NCBI GenBank assembly: GCA_002305205.1
Contig: DBQJ01000021.1
Coordinates: forward strand, 6,448-64,438
DNA from: a candidate division WWE3 bacterium UBA1397
GTDB taxonomy: Bacteria; Patescibacteriota; WWE3; UBA101185; UBA10185
Direction: 5' to 3'
Length of the DNA stretch: 57,991 bases
In this document: positions 10,410-19,706 of the stretch, one piece after another
Layout of the letters: each line of letters begins with the position of its first letter
How positions within the stretch are numbered: position 1 is the first letter of the stretch
Notes under the pieces: generated by a model
Seen by the model: only the letters and a program-made list of their open reading frames with translations
The model's database searches: none
What the model was told of the DNA's origin: nothing
Program-made: the position numbers and the translations under genes

Positions 10410-10693
10410 AAACGCTATGACTCGGAGTCCATGAATAACCAATAAATGGGGTCTAGCCGACGAGCGGCGGGAAGAACAGATACTTTGCAGAGTATCCCAG
10501 TAGAACCTGACGGAAGCCCCCGTTATCACAGGCTGAACTATAACCTTGCCAAGTTTCTTGGTTTCAAGAGTAGCCAATGAGCGTCTAACAGCGATGTTGG
10601 ACTAAAAGAGGGTGGTACCACGATATTGCGAAACCTATCGTCCCTCAGCATTATTTCTGTATTTTTACAGGCATAATGCTGGGGGATTTTTTT
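10410..10693 (+). promoter_or_regulatory. T-box riboswitch (transcriptional) upstream of LeuRS
   Basis: AAGAGGGTGGTACCACG T-box (10606-10622), antiterminator partner CGTCCCTC, CCGTTA motif, terminator hairpin plus U-run (10641-10693); possible Leu specifier CTA at 10453. Confidence 0.88.
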
Positions 10694-10734
10694 GTTGTAC
10701 TAAGTTTATGCTTTAATTAAAGCAAGGAGATTAT

Positions 10735-12591
10735 ATGAAAAAAGAAAATAATGAAAATAGTGTATATGATTTTAAACAGGTAGAAGATAAGTGGTATAAG
10801 CAGTGGTACGGAAATAATATCTACGGTGTTCAGATAGATAGTACCAAGCCCAAGTTTTACTGTTTGGACACTTTTCCTTATCCTTCTGCTGATGGCGTAC
10901 ATATAGGATATGTCAAAAGCTTTGGAGGTATGGATGTTGTAGCCCGTTACAAACGAATGAAGGGTTTTAATGTTCTTTATGCAATGGGTTGGGACACACT
11001 TGGACTTCCAGCAGAAAACTACGCAATTAAAACTGGTATTCACCCAAGAGAAATAACCTACAAAAGCATTAAAAACTATAAGGAGCAGTTTAAGCACTTC
11101 GGTATTAGTTATGACTGGAACAGGGAAATAGATACAGCGGAGCCAATATATTACAGATGGACTCAATGGTTGTTTTTGCAAATGTACAAAAAAGGTTTGG
11201 CATACAAAAAGGAGTTTCCAGTTAATTGGTGCGAAAGCTGTAAAACCGTTATCTCAAACGAACAAGTTGTAGACGGAAAATGTGAAAGGTGCAAAGGTAC
11301 GGTCATACAAAAGCCATTACTGCAATGGTTTTTCAAAGTAAGTGCCTATAAAGAACGCTTGTACAAAGATACAGAAAAGCTTAACTGGGAAGAAAAATAT
11401 CTTAATCCGCACAGGAAATGGATTGAAGGTGTAAGAGATTGGTGCGTATCAAGACAAAGATATTGGGGTCCTCCTATACCAATTATTTATTGCCCAAAAT
11501 GTGGGGAAGTTCCTGTACCTGAAAAAGATTTGCCAGTTTTCTTGCCGATGAATGTAGATTTCACACCTACAGGTGAGCCACCCTTAGCTAAAGTAGACCA
11601 CTTTGTGAACACTACTTGCCCCAGGTGCGGCGAAGCAGCGAAGCGAGAGACTGACACCATGGACACTTTTGTGACTTCTGCATGGTATCAGTTTAGGTTT
11701 ACCGACCCAAATAATGACGATATGTTTGCATCACCTACTCAATTGGGTTATTGGGGTTGTGTCGACCACTATCAAGGAACTATTGAACATATTACAGCAC
11801 ATTTGATATATGCAAGGTTTGTAACGAAAGTTCTTTATGACGAAGGTCTCGTATCTTTTGACGAGCCTTTTCCTAAATACACACCTGTTGGATTACTTGT
11901 GGACAAAAGCGGTGAAAAATACTCTAAAAGATTGGGAAACGCTCCTGATACAAATGAACTGATTGCAAAATATGGTGGCGATTTGTTAAGACTTTCCTGT
12001 CAGTTTATTACCCCTTTTGATGACATCTCTCGCTGGGGAGAATCCGATATTGTAGGTGTTAAAAGGTTCTTTGATAGTGTATGGAACATCTTTGTGACTA
12101 AAGTTACTGATGATGTTGCAGAAGTACCTAGCAAAATAAGCTCTGACTTGAATAGACTTATAGGGGATGTAGAAGAAGCCATTGAAGCAATGAAGTTCAA
12201 TGTGGCAATTAGCAAGATGATGGTTTTTATTGCCTCTCTTAAAGACTTTGATACTGTCCCTGCTGAGGTGTGGGAAACATTTGTGAAACTTATTGCACCC
12301 TTCGCACCATTTGTTGCTGAGGAAATGTGGTCTCGCATGGGGTATACAACATCAGTACACTTAGCAAGTTTTCCGATTGTAAACAAAATCAGCTTGGAAC
12401 AGACTACTGTAAGAGTAAGTATTCAAGTTAATGGCAAACTTAAAGGTGTACTTGACCTTCCAGTAGGTGCTTCAAAAGAAGTTGCAGTTAAGGATTCGTT
12501 AGAAACAGAACGAGTTAGTCAGGTGTTAAAAGACAAGAACTATTCCGTTATTTATGTGCAGGATAAAGTTATTAACTTTGTGACTGAGTAG
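10735..12591 (+). CDS. leuS: Leucyl-tRNA synthetase, minimal form without CP1 editing domain
   Basis: FPYPS, GLPAEN, RDWCVSRQRYWG and RETDTMDTF motifs; HIGY and KYSKR variants; 618 aa. Confidence 0.88.
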   Translation: MKKENNENSVYDFKQVEDKWYKQWYGNNIYGVQIDSTKPKFYCLDTFPYPSADGVHIGYVKSFGGMDVVARYKRMKGFNVLYAMGWDTLGLPAENYAIKTGIHPREITYKSIKNYKEQFKHFGISYDWNREIDTAEPIYYRWTQWLFLQMYKKGLAYKKEFPVNWCESCKTVISNEQVVDGKCERCKGTVIQKPLLQWFFKVSAYKERLYKDTEKLNWEEKYLNPHRKWIEGVRDWCVSRQRYWGPPIPIIYCPKCGEVPVPEKDLPVFLPMNVDFTPTGEPPLAKVDHFVNTTCPRCGEAAKRETDTMDTFVTSAWYQFRFTDPNNDDMFASPTQLGYWGCVDHYQGTIEHITAHLIYARFVTKVLYDEGLVSFDEPFPKYTPVGLLVDKSGEKYSKRLGNAPDTNELIAKYGGDLLRLSCQFITPFDDISRWGESDIVGVKRFFDSVWNIFVTKVTDDVAEVPSKISSDLNRLIGDVEEAIEAMKFNVAISKMMVFIASLKDFDTVPAEVWETFVKLIAPFAPFVAEEMWSRMGYTTSVHLASFPIVNKISLEQTTVRVSIQVNGKLKGVLDLPVGASKEVAVKDSLETERVSQVLKDKNYSVIYVQDKVINFVTE

Positions 12592-12647
12592 GACTTGATT
12601 TTGCTTTACTATTTTACAAAGGGCACGCCGTTATGTAGGCTATTTTT

Positions 12648-13067
12648 ATGATAAATAGACGCTTAACGGTTGCCCAGCGTGTCTTCATTCAAAAATACAT
12701 TGAGACGGGTTCTTTAACCGAGGCAGCTTTAGTTGCTTATAAAGGTGTTAAAAACAGGCATACGGCGGCGGTAATTGGAAGTCAAAACATAAGAAAACCA
12801 GTAGTTACCCAACACTTGCAGAACTTTGATGAACGGTTTGAAATGTCCGATTACAAGCTGATTGAAAAACTTAAGCAAGCATTGGAAGCGTATAAGTATA
12901 TTTATAACCCTATTACCAATGAACAGATGAAAGTACCTGACTACTTTATTCAGTTGAAGGCTTTGGAGTTTATCTTTAAGCTTAAAAACTATTTTGCTTC
13001 GGTGGATAAAACGGAACCAGTAACCCACGGTATCGAAGTTAAGTTTCACTACAACAAGACAAAGTAA
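12648..13067 (+). CDS. Terminase small subunit-like HTH protein
   Basis: LT..Q..FI..YI..G..TEAA..AY......A..IGSQN.RKP pattern of Terminase_2 N-termini. Confidence 0.7.
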   Translation: MINRRLTVAQRVFIQKYIETGSLTEAALVAYKGVKNRHTAAVIGSQNIRKPVVTQHLQNFDERFEMSDYKLIEKLKQALEAYKYIYNPITNEQMKVPDYFIQLKALEFIFKLKNYFASVDKTEPVTHGIEVKFHYNKTK

Positions 13068-13188
13068 ATCTGCTGTAGCCTTCTGGGTTCGGGGAGTCCC
13101 AGCAATCGAGCTGGGGTGTCTTCGCTTGTGAAAAGGGATTTCCAGGGTTACTAAGGCTGTAGGTGATAAAATCAGCTTATTAGATTAT

Positions 13189-14262
13189 ATGAGATTAGAT
13201 GTATCCCCCTTATGGGAAGAACTTAAAATATATGACCAGGTAAGTCTTGTAATGCAGCTGCTGGATTCGTTTTCCAAAGATACAAAGGATTTTACAAGAA
13301 AACTTGTACTTGTTAGGAATACAGACGATGAGGAGTCTGTTAAAAAGGATGCTTCATTATACGGATTCAGAAGCGAGGGAACATTGCTCGAACTGAAAAA
13401 TAATAAGGTTTTCAAAAGTTTCAGGAAAATCAGCAAAACTGCTTCACCATCGTATTCTGTGAAAATTGACTGGAAAAGTCTCCTAAAATATGCAGAAAAA
13501 CTTCACGATTTAGAGGCTGTGGATTCTTTCGCACTTGAAAGACCCAAAAAAAGTATGTTTCAGACCATAACCGAGATTACAAACAAGGAACATAGTAACG
13601 AGTTTGTGGTAACGGAAAAGATTTTAGGTACTTATTTTGACAATCCAGGGTTGGCACAAAAGCTAAGGAGAGAAGATAGCCCAGATACAAAAGCACCGTT
13701 CCTGACCGTTCTACGAGCCTTAGAACAGGAGAAAAAGATTCAATTGATGGAAATAGCCTTTGATTTTAGAAAACTTCCGTTACCTGCGAAAGATAAAGAT
13801 TTTGAAAGAGGAATACCTGTAGGTGAGGAAATAGAGTTTTTTACAGCAGAGCACTGTTTTGTAAATGTAAAAGTAATTGATGCTGCAACACTTAAAAAAG
13901 TATTTGGGACAACCAAGTCCGCCTATTTGGGAAAACCTAAACTATTTGAAAAACAAGGGTGGGGATATTTGCAGTATGGTAGTAGCAAGCCAGCAAAAAT
14001 AGGGAAGGTTTCGTCAAAACATTGGAAGCTGCTGGGGTTCACTTTTGATGTTTTAGGTGCAGAAAGAACAATACCTTCTGTTTTTGAAGAAATCGCAAAT
14101 AAGAAAGACCTGCAAAAATCAAAATCAGTAAACAGCATAGCCCCCATGGTATCGGTAATTGAATACGCCAATAAAGAACTGCAAAAAGGAAATAAACTCA
14201 AAGGTAGGTTAGCAATCGTTGTCGATGAAAAAAGAAATACTGTAAAGGCTACCATTGTTTAG
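13189..14262 (+). CDS. Hypothetical protein (element backbone, possible regulator)
   Basis: 357 aa ORF; same position as 21153 and 30144 in elements B and C. Confidence 0.65.
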   Translation: MRLDVSPLWEELKIYDQVSLVMQLLDSFSKDTKDFTRKLVLVRNTDDEESVKKDASLYGFRSEGTLLELKNNKVFKSFRKISKTASPSYSVKIDWKSLLKYAEKLHDLEAVDSFALERPKKSMFQTITEITNKEHSNEFVVTEKILGTYFDNPGLAQKLRREDSPDTKAPFLTVLRALEQEKKIQLMEIAFDFRKLPLPAKDKDFERGIPVGEEIEFFTAEHCFVNVKVIDAATLKKVFGTTKSAYLGKPKLFEKQGWGYLQYGSSKPAKIGKVSSKHWKLLGFTFDVLGAERTIPSVFEEIANKKDLQKSKSVNSIAPMVSVIEYANKELQKGNKLKGRLAIVVDEKRNTVKATIV

Positions 14263-14410
14263 AGTGCATTTTCCTTAATCATTTTTGGGGCTATCTGACT
14301 ATAGCCAGGATTCTGTTGCATTTACTTTGTAAACCCTGACCCATTTTTACTTAAAACACTCTCAAACCCTCCATTTATTTTGTTCAGTAAGGTCTCTTTA
14401 CAATAAACCT

Positions 14411-14674
14411 ATGAGACCAGAAAAGATTTATGAACAAAAGCCCTTCGCAATAAATGACATTGCACTTGCAGCAGCAGTTGTGTGTTTTCATCCATTGGTA
14501 GGTGTGGAAAAGTCTCCATTAAATCCACAAAAAGCGGTCTTCTTGTTTGAAGATTCTGAGCAGGTGCGGGAACTTGCTGATAAGTTTTGGAGAAAAGATT
14601 TGTTTGTTGAGGCTTCGGAATACTTTTCAAACATAAAGTTTTTGAAGGGGCGGATAAATGCCGAACATCTATGA
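14411..14674 (+). CDS. DUF5659-like protein
   Basis: D..LAA......L.........F.F.........FW...L.VE motif; paralog at 21989. Confidence 0.75.
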   Translation: MRPEKIYEQKPFAINDIALAAAVVCFHPLVGVEKSPLNPQKAVFLFEDSEQVRELADKFWRKDLFVEASEYFSNIKFLKGRINAEHL

Positions 14675-14799
14675 GCGAAGTTGATGACAAAGCAATGTTG
14701 GAATACCTGCGTCAATTAGCGTGTTTCCTTCTGTCGCTGAGTGAAGGCAAGAAAGATGTGAGGAGAAAATATGAAAAAAGAACAAGAAAATCAAACTGA
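14671..14799 (+). CDS. Small unannotated protein (42 aa)
   Basis: MSEVDDKAMLEYLRQLACFLL...; ATGA-coupled to the upstream gene; homolog at 31316. Confidence 0.6.
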   Translation: MSEVDDKAMLEYLRQLACFLLSLSEGKKDVRRKYEKRTRKSN

Positions 14800-15658
14800 A
14801 AGTCCATTATCAAACTGGATAGTGTTTCCAAGAAGCATAGCCAGCTTATATAAAAACGGTGAAATCAACCGAGCAGAGTTTTTCGTATACTGCTACCTGC
14901 GTATTCAATGTAACCCATACGGAATCTGTACAACACATATGGAAGCAATTAGAGATGATGTCTTCGGAAAAGAAGGTGGTAAGAAATCAGTTTCCAAAAA
15001 CTATGTTAATAAAATACTTTTGTCCTTGAAAAGTAAGAGGTTGCTATTTTATTTGGATAGAACTGGGAGGTCAGGTTCGTTTGAGGTTCATTTTCCTGAT
15101 TTTATCGACCCTACCAAGAAAATCACCAGCATCGAACACTTGTTTATCAAGGAGGCAAGTCAGCAGGAGATTGGTGCTGTAGATGACAAAAAGTCAGAGG
15201 ATAGTACAGAGGTTGAAGTAAAAAATCAGAAGTTGGTAGTGCCAGATAATGTTGATTTAGCTATTAAACAGGGTATTAATGAATCTGGAGAGTTCAGAGG
15301 TTATAATAACGATACCGATACTCAAAAGAAGATTGAAAATACCGATTTATCGGTTTCTTATAAAGTAGGAAGCAAAGACAGGGAAAGAACCGATACCGAT
15401 TATGTGTGTAAAAACCCTACCGATAGTTTCATACCGACACTTTATGAGGAAGAAACAGCTAAATCGATAGCTGAAAGCGTTGGAGAAAAATGCATGGATA
15501 GATATCTTGGGCTGATTAAAAAAGGTTATTTCTGGGTTTTGGAGAAAGCATACGGTGAGTACAGCGAAGATGTCGGGAAAGGCAATAAAATAGATGTACC
15601 CGCCGCTTATATAAACGGAATAATTATTAGGATTCTTAAAGAAAGAATCGGAAAGTAA
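14771..15658 (+). CDS. Putative phage-type replication initiator (N-terminal wHTH, C-terminal P.AY..GI motif)
   Basis: Homologous to 31464-32348; internal ACCGAT repeats in the linker. Confidence 0.6.
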   Translation: MKKEQENQTESPLSNWIVFPRSIASLYKNGEINRAEFFVYCYLRIQCNPYGICTTHMEAIRDDVFGKEGGKKSVSKNYVNKILLSLKSKRLLFYLDRTGRSGSFEVHFPDFIDPTKKITSIEHLFIKEASQQEIGAVDDKKSEDSTEVEVKNQKLVVPDNVDLAIKQGINESGEFRGYNNDTDTQKKIENTDLSVSYKVGSKDRERTDTDYVCKNPTDSFIPTLYEEETAKSIAESVGEKCMDRYLGLIKKGYFWVLEKAYGEYSEDVGKGNKIDVPAAYINGIIIRILKERIGK

Positions 15659-15682
15659 CAATTTCTGCTTAGTTTTTGAAAT

Positions 15683-17266
15683 ATGTATGGATTAGAAGAA
15701 CTAAAACCAAAAGTTGGAACAAAACTGAAAGCTGTTGATTATGAAAGAGTCAGCACGCCTGGACAGGTTGTAAACGGTCATTCAATGGAGGTGCAGAAAA
15801 AGATGTTCACTACGCTTGTCGAACAGCACGATATTGAGGTTCTTAAAACATTTGAAGACCCTGGACGTTCTGCAAGAGATTTGAATAGGCGTGACATAGA
15901 AGAACTGATGGATTTTTGTGATGATAATGCCGCAGTACTTGATGTTGTTTTTGTACAAGATACTTCACGGCTTTGTCGCAATGTTCAAGACCACTTAGCC
16001 CTCAAAGCCTTCTTGAAGAAGCGTAATATAAAACTTATTCCTTTAGACGGTTATTTTGGAGAGGGAGACGAAGCGGAGTTTGCAGATGTTGTGGTGGCGG
16101 CTATAAATCAGCTGGAAAGCCGTAGAACTGCGAAAAAAACAAAAAGAGTAATGAAGGCTCTTGCTGAGAAGGGTATAAAACCTGGGATGTCAGGGATAGG
16201 CTATCTAAACTCATACCAGAAAGACAAACCCATATACCCAGACCCCGAACGCCGATACTTTATTTATGATATTTACGAGCTATGGTTGACAGGTAATTAT
16301 TCCGTTGCCAGTATCGCTGATATTGAGTTTTCAAAAGGATTTCGTACAAAAAGTGGCGGAAAAGTTCAGAAAAACACAATTACCAATATCCTCAAAAATA
16401 TACTTTATGCAGGTGGTTTGAAATATGATGGCGTAGAATATGAAAAGGCGGCACATGAAGCCATCGTTCCACCTGACTGGTACAACCGCTCTCTTGCTAT
16501 GTTTGAGAAGAAAAACAAAGGTGCCAACCGAAACAGAAAACATACAACCTTATTAGCAGGTTATTGCTACTGCTTAAAATGTGGTCGTCAGATGGCGGCT
16601 GAGTATCACCCACGGGCAAACTACTATTCTTGTGGCAGTTGTGAAAAGACCAATGTACCACTTGAAAAAGTTGACAAGAAAGTGCGGGCTTTCTTTCATG
16701 GTACTGTGTTTTCTGAAAAAGCATTGGAAAATCTACGAAATGTTTTATATGAAGTCAAAGCCGAGCAAGGCATTAGTGTTCCTGAACAACTTAAAACACT
16801 TAGACAAAGGCGAGATATTTTGGATAAAAAAATGAAGCAGCTTGAAGATAAGATGTTTGGTGGTGATGACCTCGTCGATTCCGAAAGACTAAAAGAACGC
16901 TACAAGCCCCTTAAAGAGGAACTTAAACAGGTAGATGAGCAAATAGCCCAGATGGATAAACCCTCAACTACTCTTAAAGATTCTGAGATTGAAAAAGTCA
17001 TCAAAGGTATGCGGAACATTGGTGAGCTTTATGATGCCATGACAAAGATTCAGCAAAAGCAGTTTTTACGCTTTTTTATTTCAAAGGCTTTCTTGGAAAA
17101 GGAACGGCTGATAACGAGTTTTGAGTATGTACCAGAGTTTAAGGCTTTAATATCAAGAGACTTGGTTCGTATAAAGTCCAATTGGCTCGCTTGCTGGAAC
17201 GATTTTCGTACATTAGAAATAGAGAGTTTTGTTTATGAGGAAGCTTTAGCAGTATTAAGCGCATAA
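15683..17266 (+). CDS. Large serine recombinase of element A
   Basis: YERVST catalytic Ser, DTSRLCR, recombinase domain, CxxC zinc ribbon and coiled coil; reads through the att core. Confidence 0.95.
   Translation: MYGLEELKPKVGTKLKAVDYERVSTPGQVVNGHSMEVQKKMFTTLVEQHDIEVLKTFEDPGRSARDLNRRDIEELMDFCDDNAAVLDVVFVQDTSRLCRNVQDHLALKAFLKKRNIKLIPLDGYFGEGDEAEFADVVVAAINQLESRRTAKKTKRVMKALAEKGIKPGMSGIGYLNSYQKDKPIYPDPERRYFIYDIYELWLTGNYSVASIADIEFSKGFRTKSGGKVQKNTITNILKNILYAGGLKYDGVEYEKAAHEAIVPPDWYNRSLAMFEKKNKGANRNRKHTTLLAGYCYCLKCGRQMAAEYHPRANYYSCGSCEKTNVPLEKVDKKVRAFFHGTVFSEKALENLRNVLYEVKAEQGISVPEQLKTLRQRRDILDKKMKQLEDKMFGGDDLVDSERLKERYKPLKEELKQVDEQIAQMDKPSTTLKDSEIEKVIKGMRNIGELYDAMTKIQQKQFLRFFISKAFLEKERLITSFEYVPEFKALISRDLVRIKSNWLACWNDFRTLEIESFVYEEALAVLSA
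17181..17188 (+). repeat. att junction 2 core ATTGGCTC (A/B)
   Basis: Similarity between recombinases A and C stops at this core. Confidence 0.8.
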
Positions 17267-17330
17267 TTACCCCACACCTTCACACACTATATCTCTAACC
17301 TTTTTATCCTTATAGTTGTAGAATGGGGCT

Positions 17331-18131
17331 ATGGCGTTGTCCAAACGGCTTAGATTCAAAATATTCGAAAAGTATAACTTTACTTGTCAGTATTGTGGTA
17401 GGAAACCTCCCGAGGTTGTACTTGAGGTAGACCATGTGGTTTCTAGAAAAGATGGTGGGTTAGATGAAGAGATGAACCTTATTTGCAGTTGTTTTGATTG
17501 TAACCGAGGAAAGCGTGAAACATCGTTAGACATCCAAAAAATAAAAAATCAGAACTTTAAGAAAGAGCTGGAATATCTCGAAGAGAGACAGCAGCAACTT
17601 GAAGCTTACTATAACTTTATAAAGCGTAAAGAAGAACTAGAGAATGAAGAGCTGTCTGTATTTCAAAGAGCTTGGGAAGATTCATCTCAGGGAGAGAACT
17701 CCTTAACTGACCACGGTTTGAACGAGATAAGGAAGTTAAAAGAAGCTTATCCAACTGAATTAGTATTAGAGGCAATTAAGCTGGCGTGGAAAAATGAAAA
17801 AGTAGCTAATAATGAGAAGTTTAGATATATGTGCGGAATATTAAAGAATAAGCAGCGGATAAGTGAGGACCCCGAAACCGAAGAACATGTAAGGATAGAG
17901 ATGAAGAAGTTTTTTGAAGGGTGGAATCATTATAGTAATAGAAGTGGTTTTGGTCCTGTTACAGTAGATTATAACCTGAAAAATGAGATTGCCGAAATCT
18001 TTAAGTTTGGTTGGTCTTATACTGATATTGCGGATTATGTAAAAGAAACCTTTGATTTTCATCATTACGATTACAGTTATCAACTAACGAAGTTACTTAA
18101 GCAGGATAAAAGGATATATAAGCACGATTAA
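17331..18131 (+). CDS. HNH endonuclease with C-terminal helical region
   Basis: CQYCG, EVDHV and NL...CFDCNRGK motifs. Confidence 0.9.
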   Translation: MALSKRLRFKIFEKYNFTCQYCGRKPPEVVLEVDHVVSRKDGGLDEEMNLICSCFDCNRGKRETSLDIQKIKNQNFKKELEYLEERQQQLEAYYNFIKRKEELENEELSVFQRAWEDSSQGENSLTDHGLNEIRKLKEAYPTELVLEAIKLAWKNEKVANNEKFRYMCGILKNKQRISEDPETEEHVRIEMKKFFEGWNHYSNRSGFGPVTVDYNLKNEIAEIFKFGWSYTDIADYVKETFDFHHYDYSYQLTKLLKQDKRIYKHD

Positions 18132-18198
18132 ATCTTTATCAATAATATAACCCGTTTTTAACTTCAATAAAGTAATATACTATGATAATATAGGGTTA

Positions 18199-18441
18199 AT
18201 GCCTAATCCCACTGCTACAGCTATGACTTATTCAGTTATTCTTACAAACAATCTACCCGCCCAACAAATAACTCAAGTGGTTGAGGATTGGAAGGTATGT
18301 AGGATTCTTTCCCCAGAAGAACTAAGGTCAAAAGCAATAGACGAAGATGCAAAGAATGTAAAAAGTACAAATAAAGACAAGCAAACTAAGCTTGAGAGCC
18401 AGAAGAGTTTATCGGGGCTTTCCACTCAGGGTCTCCACTAA
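18199..18441 (+). CDS. Possible small hypothetical protein
   Basis: 80 aa ORF after a -10-like GATAAT; overlaps the 3' end of the convergent protease gene. Confidence 0.35.
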   Translation: MPNPTATAMTYSVILTNNLPAQQITQVVEDWKVCRILSPEELRSKAIDEDAKNVKSTNKDKQTKLESQKSLSGLSTQGLH

Positions 18442-19435
18442 TTAACGAAAAACTATTATCTTCAATTATTTTTATTTGGGGGTTCCCCGAGTCGTTTAGA
18501 AGTGCAGTTTTTCTAATATATAGTTCCCATATCAAGTTACTAAGTTTATTTATATCTGTTTCTGTTAGTTTGTTTTCTCCTTCAGTGGAGAAGTAACTTG
18601 TTAAATCACAAATGAATCCAGAGCTACATAAGGTAGAATCTTTTAAGTCATCAATCCCTATCAGTCTTCCGTGAGATAAAGTCTTAGTGGGGTCTGTAAA
18701 AATAGTGAAAGAATCATAAGTTAAGTTTGGATATGTAATCTTCTTTCTGTTGAGGATTTTCTTGGCAATATTTTCTGATAACTCAAGTTCATTTAGAGAT
18801 GTAGCATAAATATCATAGTTATACTGTCGTAAAAAGGTTAGGCTAGCTTCATTTTTTGCAGGAAATATGGACTTTGCATCTTTAAGTAGCTTTTCTACTG
18901 CTTTAGTTATTAAGTAACCTGGTTTAGAAAACTTACGACCTTGATTATCCGATAAAGCCATTTGGGGGTCTATTGGTCCCAACTCTGCATTGTCGCATAA
19001 GATTATTTTATCTGCTCCTAATGAAACCATAGTTGCAGCACTTTTAGCTAACCTAGGTACTATTACTCTAAACTCTTTTATGTCGTTTCTAGATACATAA
19101 GTTTGGCAAACATTAATTATTCTTTCTGCTGAGGTTGCGTATCCACCACCACTATTTAATATTAGGTCTAATCCATGCAGGTTTGAAGGTGTCCTCAGTA
19201 TATCTTCTATCATTACGGAATCATCATCGTTTATAAAAGAAAACGGAGAACCGTTAGCTGTTGAAGCAAAGTATGTTATGGTCCTTCTTTTAGTTAGAGT
19301 TTCGATATCTTTTATTATTTGGGTACATTTTTTTATGGATGAATCGTAGCTTTTTTGCGTCTGCAACTCTTGCATTAAAGACATTTGTACAGGTAATTGT
19401 TTATTCTGTTGTGGCTGGTTATCGGTGGGTGGCAT
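18386..19435 (-). CDS. SDH-family ClpP/crotonase-fold serine protease
   Basis: LDLILNSGGG, AKSAATM, LGPIDPQ and SHGRLI motifs. Confidence 0.87.
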   Translation of the reverse strand: MPPTDNQPQQNKQLPVQMSLMQELQTQKSYDSSIKKCTQIIKDIETLTKRRTITYFASTANGSPFSFINDDDSVMIEDILRTPSNLHGLDLILNSGGGYATSAERIINVCQTYVSRNDIKEFRVIVPRLAKSAATMVSLGADKIILCDNAELGPIDPQMALSDNQGRKFSKPGYLITKAVEKLLKDAKSIFPAKNEASLTFLRQYNYDIYATSLNELELSENIAKKILNRKKITYPNLTYDSFTIFTDPTKTLSHGRLIGIDDLKDSTLCSSGFICDLTSYFSTEGENKLTETDINKLSNLIWELYIRKTALLNDSGNPQIKIIEDNSFSLISGDPEWKAPINSSGSQA

Positions 19436-19505
19436 AACAGGCTCATTATAACTCTTTATTTCAGAACTTATAAGCCTTATCGATGCTGCTATAAGACATT
19501 AGTAG

Positions 19506-19697
19506 CTATTTGTTTCTAACTTTTTTAATTACTGTTGCCACGATTTCGATTACAAACGCAACAAAAAACAAAAGTGTAATCAATCCTAATGGGAAAAACT
19601 CGGGAAAAATATTGGATATGGTAGCACTAACTAACCATCCGATAAGAAAAACCAACCATCCAAGCTTTTTATTTGTTGGTATTGAAAAATAGCTCAT
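19506..19697 (-). CDS. Small 2-TM membrane protein
   Basis: 63 aa hydrophobic ORF preceded by GGAGG. Confidence 0.6.
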   Translation of the reverse strand: MSYFSIPTNKKLGWLVFLIGWLVSATISNIFPEFFPLGLITLLFFVAFVIEIVATVIKKVRNK

Positions 19698-19706
19698 ATA
19701 ACCCTC

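Larger units (their letters stand above)
10306..17188 (+). mobile_element. Integrative element A (serine-recombinase type, satellite-like)
   Basis: Bounded by ATTGGCTC cores at 10306 and 17181; contains LeuRS, TerS-like, DUF5659-like, Rep-like and LSR genes. Confidence 0.85.

Noticed and set aside
10383..10577. 64 aa minus-strand ORF
   Set aside because: Lies antisense to the T-box leader.
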